From NCBI GenBank assembly GCA_032718475.1, contig JAUCBJ010000343.1, positions 3,762 through 67,761 on the forward strand: a DNA stretch of 64,000 nt. Direction: 5' to 3'. The notes beneath the pieces are model-generated. The model did no database searches. It was given only the letters and a program-made list of their open reading frames with translations, and was not told the origin of the DNA. The stretch is from Nemertoderma westbladi (lineage: Eukaryota; Animalia; Xenacoelomorpha). Within the stretch, counting starts at the first letter, position 1; each line of letters opens with the position of its first letter. Of the stretch, positions 48,434 to 60,591 are shown piece after piece. Position numbers and translations under genes: made by a program.

Positions 48434-48684
48434 TTCTATTAAAGCTTATTACAGTATTATAGTTGTTGTCAAATTGTGTCGCCTAGGAATTCGAATAGCA
48501 AGTAGGCCTAGGCCTACTGAAAACTGTAGTACCTTTTCTCAAGAGCTTTAGTTTGGCGCTTTTCATGTGTAACTTAAATTTTCACAGTTTTTATCTTTTG
48601 TTCCTGTTACAGTGTTAGTCAATTTCAAGTTCCTAATACCTGAGTACAGCAGATAAAAAACCTCTGCCTTTGATTTCTTTATAG

Positions 48685-48877
48685 AACGTGCAATCCCGAC
48701 CCAATCTGTTCAACTTGCTCAATGATGAGACGCTACTTGTGGACATTGAGAATCTATCCTCTTCGGATGGCGATGGATTACCAACAGCCGATGTTTCCGT
48801 TGTTAGGAGTAAATCAAATAAAGCGAAACATTCTGGTCGTAACAGACGTAAGAAGAAGAAACAAGATAGTGTTAGGG
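48685..48877 (+). CDS. TCF25: Coding exon 2 of the TCF25-like gene
   Basis: Acceptor tgatttctttatag at 48684, phase 0. NVQSRPNLFNLLNDE...RNRRKKKKQD matches the TCF25 N-x-F-x-L-L/I-N motif plus lysine tract. Donor GTGAGT at 48878. The rest of the gene is not seen in the window. Confidence 0.6.
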
Positions 48878-51800
48878 GTGAGTCCGTCATTGTTAGGGCC
48901 CCTATGGGTCAGTGTTATTGTGTTAAGGGGTTAGTCCGTGAGTGTTAGGGGTCAGTCCGGCAGTGTTATTGTGTTAGGGGTGAGTCCGTGAGTGTTACAG
49001 GTGAGTCCGTGAGTGTTAAAGGTGAGTCCGTGAGTGTTACAGGTGAGTCCTGGAGTGTTACGGGTGAGTCCGTGAGTGTTACAGGTGAGTCCATGAATGT
49101 TATTGTGTTGCAACTGAGTCCGTGAGTGTTACAGGTGAGTCCATGAGTGTTACAGGTGGTCCGTGGGTGTTACAGGTGAGTCCGTGAGTGTTACAGGTGA
49201 GTCCGTGAGTGTTACGGGTGAGTCCGTGAGTGTTATTGTGTTGCAAGTGAGTCCGTGAGTGTTACAGGTGAGTCCATGAGTGTTACAGGTGGTCCGTGGG
49301 TGTTACAGGTGAGTCCGTGAGTGTTACAGGTGAGTCCGTGAGTGTTACGGGTGAGTCCGTGAGTGTTACAGGTGAGTCCATGAGTGTTATTGTGTTGCAA
49401 GTGAGTCCCTGAGTGTTACAGGTGAGTCCGTGAGTGTTACAGGTGGTCCGTGGGTGTTACAGGTGAGTCCGTGGGTGTTACAGGTGATCCGTGGGTGTTA
49501 CAGGTGGTCCGTGGGTGTTACAGGTGGTCCGTGGGTGTTACAGGTGAGTCCGTGAGTGTTACAGGTGAGTCCGTGAGTGTTACAGGTGAGTCCGTGCGTG
49601 TTACAGGTGAGTCCGTGAGTGTTACAGGTGAGTCCGTGAGTGTTAAAGGTGAGTCCGTGAGTGTTACATGTGAGTCCGTGAGTGTTACAGGTGGTCCGTG
49701 GGTGTTACAGGTGAGTCTGTGAGTGTTACAGGTGAGACCATGAGTGTTACATGTGAGTCCGTGAGTGTTACAGGTGGTGCGTGGGTGTTACAGGTGAGTC
49801 CGTGAGTGTTACAGGTAAGTCTGTGAGTGTTACAGGTGGTCCGTGGGTGTTACAGGTGAGTCCGTGGGTGTTACAGGTGAGTCTGTGAGTGACACAGGTG
49901 GTCCGTGGGTGTTACAGGTGAGTCTGTGAGTGTTACAGGTGGTCCGTGGGTGTTACAGGTGAGTCCGTGAGTGTTACAGGTGGTCCGTGAGTGTTACAGG
50001 TGAGTCCGTGAGTGTTACATGGAGTCAGAGAGTATTACAGGTGGTCCGTGGGTGTTACAGGTGAGTCCGTGAATGTTACAGGTGAGTCCGTGAGTGTTAC
50101 ATGGAGTCCATGAGTATTACAGGTGGTCCGTGGGTGTTACAGGTGAGTCCGTGAATGTTACAGGTGAGTCCGTGAGTGTTACAGGTGAGTCTGTGAGTGT
50201 TACATGGAGTCCATGAGTATTACAGGTGGTCCGTGGGTGTTACAGGTGAGTCCGTGAGTGTTACAGGTGAGTCCGTGCGTGTTACAGGTGAGTCTGTGAG
50301 TGTTACAGGTGGGTCCGTGAGTGTTACAGGTGGTCCGTGGGTGTTACAGGTGAGTCCGTGAATGTTACAGGTGAGTCCGTGAGTGTTACATGGAGTCCAT
50401 GAGTATTACAGGTGGTCCGTGGGTGTTACAGGTGAGTCTGTGAGTGTTACAGGTGAGTACGTGGGTGTTACAGGTGAGTCCGTGAATGTTACAGGTGAGT
50501 CCGTGAGTGTTACAGGTGAGTCTGTGAGTGTTACAGATGAGTCCGTGAGTGTTACAGGTGAGTCCGTGAGTGTTACGGGTGAGTCCGTGAGTGTTATTGT
50601 GTTGCAAGTGAGTCCGTGAGTGTTACAGGTGAGTCCATGAGTGTTACAGGTGGTCCGTGGGTGTTACAGGTGAGTCCGTGAGTGTTACAGGTGAGTCCGT
50701 GAGTGTTACGGGTGAGTCCGTGAGTGTTACAGGTGAGTCCATGAGTGTTATTGTGTTGCAAGTGAGTCCCTGAGTGTTACAGGTGAGTCCGTGAGTGTTA
50801 CGGGTGGTCCGTGGGTGTTACAGGTGAGTCCGTGGGTGTTACAGGTGATCCGTGGGTGTTACAGGTGGTCCGTGGGTGTTACAGGTGGTCCGTGGGTGTT
50901 ACAGGTGAGTCCGTGAGTGTTACAGGTGAGTCCGTGAGTGTTACAGGTGAGTCCGTGCGTGTTACAGATGAGTCCGTGAGTGTTACAGGTGAGTCCGTGA
51001 GTGTTAAAGGTGAGTCCGTGAGTGTTACATGTGAGTCCGTGAGTGTTACAGGTGGTCCGTGGGTGTTACAGGTGAGTCTGTGAGTGTTACAGGTGAGACC
51101 ATGAGTGTTACATGTGAGTCCGTGAGTGTTACAGGTGGTGCGTGGGTGTTACAGGTGAGTCCGTGAGTGTTACAGGTAAGTCTGTGAGTGTTACAGGTGG
51201 TCCGTGGGTGTTACAGGTGAGTCCGTGGATGTTACAGGTGAGTCTGTGAGTGACACAGGTGGTCCGTGGGTGTTACAGGTGAGTCTGTGAGTGTTACAGG
51301 TGGTCCGTGGGTGTTACAGGTGAGTCCGTGAGTGTTACAGGTGGTCCGTGAGTGTTACAGGTGAGTCCGTGAGTGTTACATGGAGTCAGAGAGTATTACA
51401 GGTGGTCCGTGGGTGTTACAGGTGAGTCCGTGAATGTTACAGGTGAGTCCGTGAGTGTTACATGGAGTCCATGAGTATTACAGGTGGTCCGTGGGTGTTA
51501 CAGGTGAGTCCGTGAATGTTACAGGTGAGTCCGTGAGTGTTACAGGTGAGTCTGTGAGTGTTACATGGAGTCCATGAGTATTACAGGTGGTCCGTGGGTG
51601 TTACAGGTGAGTCCGTGAGTGTTACAGGTGAGTCCGTGCGTGTTACAGGTGAGTCTGTGAGTGTTACAGGTGGGTCCGTGAGTGTTACAGGTGGTCCGTG
51701 GGTGTTACAGGTGAGTCCGTGAATGTTACAGGTGAGTCCGTGAGTGTTACATGGAGTCCATGAGTATTACAGGTGGTCCGTGGGTGTTACAGGTGAGTCC

Positions 51801-52291
51801 GTGAATGTTACAGGTGAGTCCGTGAGTGTTACAGGTGAGTCTGTGAGTGTTACATGGAGTCCATGAGTATTACAGGTGGTCCGTGGGTGTTACAGGTGAG
51901 TCCGTGAGTGTTACAGGTGAGTCCGTGCGTGTTACAGGTGAGTCTGTGAGTGTTACAGGTGAGTCCGTGAGTGTTACAGGTGGTCCGTGGGTGTTACAGG
52001 TGAGTCCGTGAGTGTTACAGGTGGTCCGTGAGTGTTACAGGTGAGTCTGTGAGTGTTACATGGAGTCCATCATGAGTATTACAGGTGGTCCGTGGGTGTT
52101 ACAGGTGAGTCTGTGAGTGTTACAGGTGAGTACGTGGGTGTTACAGGTGAGTCCGTGAATGTTACAGGTGAGTCCGTGAGTGTTACAGGTGAGTCTGTGA
52201 GTGTTACAGATGAGTCCGTGAGTGTTACAGGTGGTCCGTGGGTGTTACAGGTGAGTTCGTGAGTGTTACAGGTGGTCCGTGAGTGTTACAG
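48868..52291 (+). repeat. 20-21-bp minisatellite gtgttacagGTGAGTccgtga (about 160 units) with a 1361-bp higher-order duplication
   Basis: Read directly. The variant pattern at 49450 recurs at 50811. Confidence 0.95.
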
Positions 52292-52769
52292 CTACATCCG
52301 CCCAGTCCGGAGTGTTCGGGGAGTGAGGCCATGAGTGCTATAATTTATTTCAAATGGTGATAAAACCATCCTTGCACAATTCTGTGAGATTTTGACATCA
52401 TGTATGGGGTCCTCCAGGCCAATCAAATTAATCCATTTAATGGTTGCGACCGAAGAGTGACACGAAAGCACGAATTTAGAGAAATCCTACTCCATGGCGC
52501 ATTAGTGGGAGTAGCAGTAGAGATATTCAAAACAACAATACAGTGACTATAGTCATCGTGGTATTTGACAAAAAGTGTAGTACAAAAAGTAGTAGTGTAG
52601 CTCCAACATAAACTTCTTGCGTCGCGATATAAGTCTATTGATATTGCTTCGCAATGGTTTTTACCATTCATTTAATACTCACAGCTCACATTCCACTTCT
52701 GATTGAGATATTGCATTGTCAGAATAAAGGTATTCATTATTCGAGCAAGGTATGCCAGTCTAGCTATGG

Positions 52770-55700
52770 CTTGGCAACAACTTAAGTTTGTGTTGTTGTT
52801 TTGCGTTTCCGAACATTCGGGTGGTCTTTTCTGCCTTATTCGACCACTCGGAGAACATTTTGGAAGTGATCTTCGTCATTGATTACATTTATTGCCCCTA
52901 CACTATCCATTGCTGCCACATATGTTGGTCAGAAATTCTGTGTTGATTTGGTGTACACTAAAAGTGAAACATGAGTCAGGGGAAACCAAATCAACCAATG
53001 ACGACATCACCGATATCTCAGGAAACTCCGACTTTCCAAATCATGTGCCAAAATGAATGATTGAGTGGGACTTACGTTCCTCACGAGGCTTTGATGCGAG
53101 TATACTGTTTGCAAGATCCTGTTTCTCCTCATCTGACATATAGCTACTGAAGAGAGCAATATGTACCATATCGCAGTGAGATACCACAGGTACCGAAGAA
53201 ATGCTTTGACATCACTGTTGGAAATAACTTGGATAACAACCTGATATTGCACGAGCATTTGGATAATTTCTGGTAATTTGAAGGTGCATCCACAGCTGAT
53301 GCAAATGTAATCCACCACCAGCTGCAACTGTAAGTAAACAAATTTGTATGTCTCTCAAACAGACATATCTTAAGGGAATATACCTTTCCCATCCACCTGG
53401 CTTTGTGAATAGCACCTGGTCTGTGGAACATATATCCCCTTTGAGTTGTGCCCATCCACCTGGCGTTGTGAATAGCACCTGGTCTGTGGAACATATATCC
53501 CCTTTGAGTTGTGCCCATCCACCTGGCTTCGTGAATAGCACCTGGTCTGTGGAACATATATCCCATTTGAGTTGTGCCCATCCACCTGGCTTTGTGAATA
53601 GCACCTGGTCTGTGGAACATATATCCCATTTGAGTTGTGCCCATCCACCTGGGTTTGTGAATAGCACCTGGTCTGTGGAACATATATCCCATTTGAGTTG
53701 TGCCCATCCACCTGGCTTTGTGAATAGCACCTGGTCTGTGGAACATATATCCCATTTGAGTTGTGCCCATCCACCTGGGTTTGTGAATAGCACCTGGTCT
53801 GTGGAACATATATCCCATTTGAGTTGTGCCCATCCACCTGGCTTTGTGAATAGCACCTGGTCTGTAGAACATATATCCCATTTGAGTTGTGCCCATCCAC
53901 CTGGCTTTGTGAATAGCACCTGGTCTGTGGAACATATATCCCATTTGAGTTGTGCCCATCCACCTGGCTTTGTGAATAGCACCTGGTCTGTGGAACATAT
54001 ATCCCATTTGAGTTGTGCCCATCCACCTGGCTTTGTTAATAGCACCTGGTCTGTGGAACACATATCCCATTTGAGTTGTGCCCATCCACCTGGCTTTGTG
54101 AATAGCACCTGGTCTGTGGAACATATATCCCATTTGAGTTGTGCCCATCCACCTGGCTTTGTGAATAGCACCTGGTCTGTGGAACATATATCCCATTTGA
54201 GTTGTGCCCATCCACCTGGCTTTGTGAATAGCACCTGGTCTGTGGAACATATATCCCATTTGAGTTGTGCCCATCCACCTGGCTTTGTTAATAGCACCTG
54301 GTCTGTGGAACATATATCCCATTGAGTTGTGCCCATCCACCTGGCTTTGTGAATAGCACCTGGTCTGTGGAACATATATCCCATTTGAGTTGTGCCCATC
54401 CACCTGGCTTTGTGAATAGCACCTGGTCTGTGGAACATATATCCCATTTGAGTTGTGCCCATCCACCTGGCTTTGTGAATAGCACCTGGTCTGTGGAACA
54501 TATATCCCATTTGAGTTGTGCCCATCCACCTGGGTTTGTGAATAGCACCTGGTCTGTGGAACATATATCCCATTTGAGTTGTGCCCATCCACCTGGCTTT
54601 GTGAATAGCACCTGGTCTGTGGAACATATATCCCATTTGAGTTGTGCCCATCCACCTGGCTTTGTGAATAGCACCTGGTCTGTGGAACATATATCCCATT
54701 TGAGTTGTGCCCATCCACCTGGCTTTGTGAATAGCACCTGGTCTGTGGAACATATATCCCATTTGAGTTGTGCCCATCCACCTGGCTTTGTGAATAGCAC
54801 CTGGTCTGTGGAACATATATCCCATTTGAGTTGTGCCCATCCACCTGGCTTTGTGAATAGCACCTGGTCTGTGGAACATATATCCCATTTGAGTTGTGCC
54901 CATCCACCTGGCTTTGTGAATAGCACCTGGTCTGTGGAACATATATCCCATTTGAGTTGTGCCCATCCACCTGGCTTTGTTAATAGCACCTGGTCTGTGG
55001 AACACATATCCCATTTGAGTTGTGCCCATCCACCTGGCTTTGTGAATAGCACCTGGTCTGTGGAACATATATCCCATTTGAGTTGTGCCCATCCACCTGG
55101 CTTTGTGAATAGCACCTGGTCTGTGGAACATATATCCCATTTGAGTTGTGCCCATCCACCTGGCTTTGTGAATAGCACCTGGTCTGTGGAACATATATCC
55201 CATTTGAGTTGTGCCCATCCACCTGGCTTTGTTAATAGCACCTGGTCTGTGGAACATATATCCCATTGAGTTGTGCCCATCCACCTGGCTTTGTGAATAG
55301 CACCTGGTCTGTGGAACATATATCCCATTTGAGTTGTGCCCATCCACCTGGCTTTGTGAATAGCACCTGGTCTGTGGAACATATATCCCATTTGAGTTGT
55401 GCCCATCCACCTGGCTTTGTTAATTGCACCTGGTCTGTGGAACATATATCCCATTTGAGTTGTGCCATTGAGATAGAGAATACAAAGATCTATGAACTCC
55501 CGGTATTCGTCACGGCATAAATCCAGTTGTTAATGACAAAGCTCCAGAGCAGACACTTTGCAACTGCTGAGAATCGGTCAGCGAATCCTGATTATGGTCA
55601 GCTGGACTAGATGGAGATAGTTGTTGACCACCTTTCCTTGGAATAAGGTAAAAGCTCATGTTTGGACATTAATCTTGAGAATAGAGTAACATCTGGTGAT

Positions 55701-55784
55701 TTTGATATCTCGATTTGAAGATCCTCAAATACATGCATCGGTCTATTTAGAGATTGCTGAATAGCAACACCAACACATGCAGCA
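52770..55784 (-). pseudogene. Decayed hATm-like (CC8K15.2-like) transposase remnant split by a satellite
   Basis: Minus-strand pieces in conserved order: HVFEDLQIEISKSPDVTLF; RDEYREFIDLCILYL; FHRPGAIHKARWMGKVYSLKICLF; WWIT..AVDAP; KAFLRYLWYLT/MVHIALFS; LVDLVSPDS; DEDHFQNVLRVVE. Many frameshifts. Family name is from recalled motifs. Confidence 0.7.
53389..55466. repeat. 63-bp tandem array (about 33 copies) with a 944-bp higher-order duplication
   Basis: Unit cccatccacctggctttgtgaatagcacctggtctgtggaacatatatcccatttgagttgtg. A 1-bp deletion variant and the gttaat variant recur at a 944-bp offset. Confidence 0.95.
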
Positions 55785-55809
55785 GGGGCGTAGACGCTGT
55801 GCAGACATA

Positions 55810-56191
55810 GGTTCCGACAGAGGTGCCGACATAGGTGCCGACACAGGTGCCGACACAGGTGCCGACACAGGTGCCGACACAGGTGCCGACACAGGTGCCG
55901 ACACAGGTGCCGACACAGGTGCCGACACAGGTGCCGACACAGGTGCCGACACAGGTGCCGACACAGGTGCCGACACAGGTGCCGACACAGGTGCCGACAC
56001 AGGTGCCGACACAGGTGCCGACACAGGTGCCGACACAGGTGCCGACACAGGTGCCGACACAGGTGCCGACACAGGTGCCGACACAGGTGCCGACACAGGT
56101 GCCGACACAGGTGCCGACACAGGTGCCGACACAGGTGCCGACACAGGTGCCGACACAGGTGCCGACACAGGTGCCGACATAGGTGCCGACA
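55810..56191. repeat. 12-bp tandem array (ggtgccgacaca)n, about 31 copies
   Basis: Read directly; perfect in the middle, degenerate at the edges. Confidence 0.95.
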
Positions 56192-56833
56192 TAGTGACCG
56201 ACTTAGGCACTCAGGTTTCTCTCAATATGTTTATCTCACTAAATGGCTTACTTGTTGTGACGTTATTCACTATTAACTCCAATAAGTATGTTTAAGAATA
56301 TATATATAAAGATAAAGAACATGCTAAATGATTGCGATAAGCGATAAACAGACAAAATACAATGCGACCACCTCGATTATAGATTATATTAATAAGTAGA
56401 GCACTACTGATATTCTTTATATACAACTGATATTGATATTCCTTATATACTACTAATAATTTAGACCGCAGGATGTACCGCAGGATGGCGCTAAACCATC
56501 TGGAATTCTCAAGAATACTGACTATGGACTCTGTGAAAAGTTTAATTTTTTAAATAGAATTTGGGTGGGGCCATTGAGTATCACAAGTATGACTGTCTGT
56601 CTTTTTTCCAAATATTTTCGAACACTAATAATTCGGTCAATCCTCGATAAAATTAATCCAAACGTGAAACACAGTCTGTCAAAAATGTAGAAATTTTACA
56701 AAAGAATATCAGGATTCTCTCTATGGATTATAATCTAAAATTCATACGATAATAATTTTTATTAATATTATAAGTAAATTGGGTGTCTCGTGGCCCCACA
56801 TTTATCTAGTTTAAGATTACTCGGAATTTTTAT

Positions 56834-59744
56834 TCAAACTAATCCAAAAGATCTGAGTTTATCTATTTGTTTACTATCGAGATTGCGATACACAATATTT
56901 TCAATGAAGACATCGCTGAGGGAGAACTTGGTAAATTTCAACTGTACACAATTCATTTGAAGGTGAAAAGCAACTTTATCTTTAGTGATTTTAAGTTGCA
57001 ATTGGTTGGAGTTAGGTGTTCTATATGCTCGTTGACACCATGTGAATATGACAATATCTTCAGGAGATTGAACTACCTGACTGCCTGATCTGCGAAGAAA
57101 TCCATCACATCCATAGCATTTAAACCAATCTCCCTCATTTATTGAACCGATAATAAATTTACAAGATTCTTTGGCTATATCTAATTGATTGATTAATTGC
57201 TGTGTTAATTTCTTATTAACAATTTTTCTCTTCCCAGGCCCACACTTTCTACCTGCAACACTGGCGGCAGATAAAGCTGCCAGTTGTTCGAGCGTCCATG
57301 TTGAGTTCCACCAACTTATGTACTGATCAATTTCTCGAACGTGTTTCGCATATGCAAGTGTATGACAGCACATACTTAACTTCCGGAATGATTGACAGGT
57401 CAGACACCTGTAAGACCCATTACCAAATCTACGGACTCGTTTGTAGATACCACCACTCCCCATACTAACTACAGCGAATTCGTCATTATCAATGCATACA
57501 TTGAATCGATGAGCAAGGCGCCACATAGATACAAACTCTGGCGTTTTTGGTAGCTGTGGGAAATCACCAATAATATTATCATTTGAACAAGTCTGTTCTA
57601 TCTCACTGTCGTGACTCACTAATCCGTTATAAAACTTATGTAAATACACTCTTTTTTCATCACTCGATTTAATAAAAAATTCAGATTCCTCAATATGGTA
57701 TTCACGAATATAATATGGTTTCAAACAATATTCGCCCCGGCCCAGTAAGGCCATATCAATATCATTCCTGAATTTGCCAATGAACTCTTCCATCTGTTCT
57801 ATGAAATTATATATATTCATATGTTTAAAATTAATCCAGTTTTTTAACTCGAAATGAAGGGATTCCTCTGATTGATTCATGAAGAACTCAGAATGTAGTA
57901 GACCACATGCCATTCGATGATCAAGCAAAAAATAGTCTTTTATGTCGTTAAACACATACTTTCGAAACCATGTTGAAAATGTAGCTTCTTGTTTTATTGT
58001 TAGTTCTATTTGATCCCATTCTTTGAAAATTTCCTCACATTTAATATCAAAGTTATCGTTTGAAGAATTACAAATCATTTCAACATCATTGATAATTCTA
58101 TCAGAGTATGTGGAAAGTCCCTCCTCTTTTAAATGTCGATTAAGGTCACGTTTTAAATGTAAATAACACGGAAGAATTAATGATTCAATACACGTAGACC
58201 ATGCAGACATTATTGCTCGCTCCCTATCACAACCAATTACTCGTATATTCCGTAAAGAAGGTCTCAACTGTAACAGATCTCGTACAAAAATTTCATGTGC
58301 CTCTTTAAATTTCCGTGTATGAAGAAACAATGGACCAGGAATACGTGGTGATGCTTTCGAACGTTTTGAGTCAAGCATTTGCTCTTTAAAGCAAGTCGTA
58401 GTGACCCAGAAGTCACCACATTCAAACGTGGTATCTATGCACAAAGGAACAAACAGACCGACATCAGGATGGCAGCAATTTTTCTCAATTAAATCAAGTT
58501 GCCAGTCCATCACTATCAAAATGGACAGATGCGGAGTGTAGCTGATATGTCTAATATACGAAGAATCCGTTTGCATTTTCATTTGAACCTTCAGTAAAGG
58601 ATCCTTATCAGATTGTAAGTTGATTGACTTGTCTCCACCTTTTGAGTGCCATTGGACTTGACGAACGGATTTTGGAATTGCATCAGCGGATTGAACATTA
58701 ACTAAACCACCTGCATCTTTCAAAACAGCATTATACAATCGTTTACTGCTTGACATTGGCATTTCACGCTGAAGAGTTTGAATTCTGTGTTTTAGAGCCT
58801 GAGAAATTTTGGGTCTTTTAAAGCGTGTAATACGAAAAGAATTCTTATCACAATCGCTGCGTTCGTATTGAATTACCATAACTTTTGGGGTAATTGCTCC
58901 ACTACTACTACTATGGCCACGCTCATAAAACACAACCAACCGTTTGTGAAATTGCTTGTTATTCCTACTTACGTAGTAACTTCGAACAATCTTTGCATGA
59001 ACCTCCTCTTCATTTAAACCATGGTATGTTTCATACATTCTAGTATCATTATTAAAAAAAAATGAGTATGTTCTCTTCTTAGAACTTTTGAAGGAACCAA
59101 GTCCTTCCAATTTGTCAACATCCAAAAGTGTTAAATTTCCATTAACGTTAATAAAAAATGTTAAACTTTTTTGACACTTCACAGGTACTTTGGTATTAAG
59201 AAATTTCTCGGGAATGGTCTTCAAATCAATTATAAGACTCTCAGGAAGAGAAGAAAGAATTATTAGGTCTGTTGGAAAACATATTAAATCATCAAAATAA
59301 GTTGTACAAGATTCCATAATATCAATTAAATTCGAGTTACCAGTACTTTCATCTGAATTGCTCGCACTGCTGTTGTCTTGATGCTGTGTAAATATTAAAT
59401 CCAATAGTAGGAATAGATATGGAGTCGTACTCCAAAGGTCCAGATTCGGTAAGAGGATAAATTTCCCTGAAATGAAATCCATGAAATAAATTTCTGACCG
59501 GTGTAGAAGTATTGCAAGCATCTGTTTCAAATCTATTATAAGATTCAACTTCAACATCATCAGAATTTTCCAGCTGAGAAAGGGCCAATCTCTTTGGAGC
59601 TGGGGATTTCCCTGGTGAAGGCGAATTTATATTCGTCAATAGCTTCCTCGTTGGATTTGTTGATGCAATGGGCCTCCCGCTAATTTTACGAGGAGTACTG
59701 CCAGAATCTTCTACTGATACCGGCAGTTGCGCACTGGCTTCCAC
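56834..59744 (-). mobile_element. MULE (Mutator-like) transposase with SWIM zinc finger; probable frameshift near 59390, 5' end lost
   Basis: LCIDTTFECGDFWVT, GPLFLH, IGCDRERAIMSAW, PCYLHLKRD, NQSEESLH, and SWIM CLTCQSFRKLSMCCH in ORF 56834-59560. Upstream ORF 59349-59744 overlaps in another frame. Confidence 0.8.
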
Positions 59745-59867
59745 AATACCTACCGGTACCTAACGGCCTATATTGTTTCATTACACGATATCATTATATA
59801 TAATAACCTTTTGATATAATATAAGAAGTTGGAAGGCTAGAGGGACGACTCTCTAGCGCTCCCACAT

Positions 59868-59885
59868 TGGTGACCCGGACGAGAT
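59868..59885 (+). promoter_or_regulatory. Primer-binding site complementary to the tRNA-Trp 3' end
   Basis: TGGTGACCCGGACGAGAT one base after the LTR CA, close to the tRNA-Trp PBS TGGTGACCCCGACGTGAT. Confidence 0.75.
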
Positions 59886-59928
59886 TTGCTACCACCCGAT
59901 AACCGGAACAACCAACGTCACGATCGCG

Positions 59929-60591
59929 ATGGCAGAACAAAACGCGGTATCACTAAAACTACCAACGTTTTGGCCCCTCGAACCGCACGTGTGGTTCCTC
60001 CAGGCCGAGGCCCAATTCGCTACCCGCGCCATCACCACTGACGAAACGCGGTATTTCTACGTCGTCGCCGCACTGGAACAAACCGTGGCCAGTCGGATGG
60101 TAGCGACGATCTCGAACCCCCCAACCACCGGGAAATATGATTTCCTGAAGGCGGCTCTCCTGCGGTGTTACGGCCTGACACCGGAGCAGAAGGCCTCTAA
60201 ACTATTAAACCTTCCTGGACTCGGCGACAAACGACCTACAGAATTGCTGGACTACATGCTGGCATTAAACGGCAACAACCCCGTGGATCAACTGTTCCGC
60301 CAACTGTTTCTTCAGCAACTTCCAGACGATGTCCGGCTAATGGTTTCCGCCTTAAAAATTGCTGACGTTCGCGAACTCGCGGAAGCCGCCGACGCCGTTG
60401 TCGAGACCAAGGCCCAACAACCTCCCGCTTTCGGAGTCAGTCGCCCCCACCGCAGCGACGGGGGACGCGATACGCCAGCACGGTCCTCGACTTCCTCGAC
60501 CTTATGCTGGTACCACGCCAAGTACGGTGCCAAAGCGAAGAACTGTAAGGCCCCGTGTTCCTTCTCGGGAAACGGCCCGACCAGCCACTAA
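59929..60591 (+). CDS. gag: Gypsy Gag with CHCC motif
   Basis: [18 protein letters not shown] start; [18 protein letters not shown] (C-X2-H-X9-C-X3-C), typical of CsRn1-like elements. Confidence 0.9.
   Translation: MAEQNAVSLKLPTFWPLEPHVWFLQAEAQFATRAITTDETRYFYVVAALEQTVASRMVATISNPPTTGKYDFLKAALLRCYGLTPEQKASKLLNLPGLGDKRPTELLDYMLALNGNNPVDQLFRQLFLQQLPDDVRLMVSALKIADVRELAEAADAVVETKAQQPPAFGVSRPHRSDGGRDTPARSSTSSTLCWYHAKYGAKAKNCKAPCSFSGNGPTSH

Noticed and set aside
49450-52262. VTGESVS repeat ORFs
   Set aside because: Minisatellite translations with frequent frame breaks.
53389-55466. CRISPR-like periodicity in this and the 62-bp array at 11900-14050
   Set aside because: Units are fully tandem with no unique spacers, there are no cas genes, and the context is eukaryotic.
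53144-55520. Long ORFs (608, 732, 325, 388, 315 aa) on both strands
   Set aside because: They arise from a stop-free 63-bp tandem unit and are not genes.
55743-56295. VSAP/GADT/PTQV repeat proteins
   Set aside because: Translations of a 12-bp tandem repeat; no splice or start context. It may be a subterminal repeat of a transposon starting caggggcgtag near 55783, but no matching end was found.
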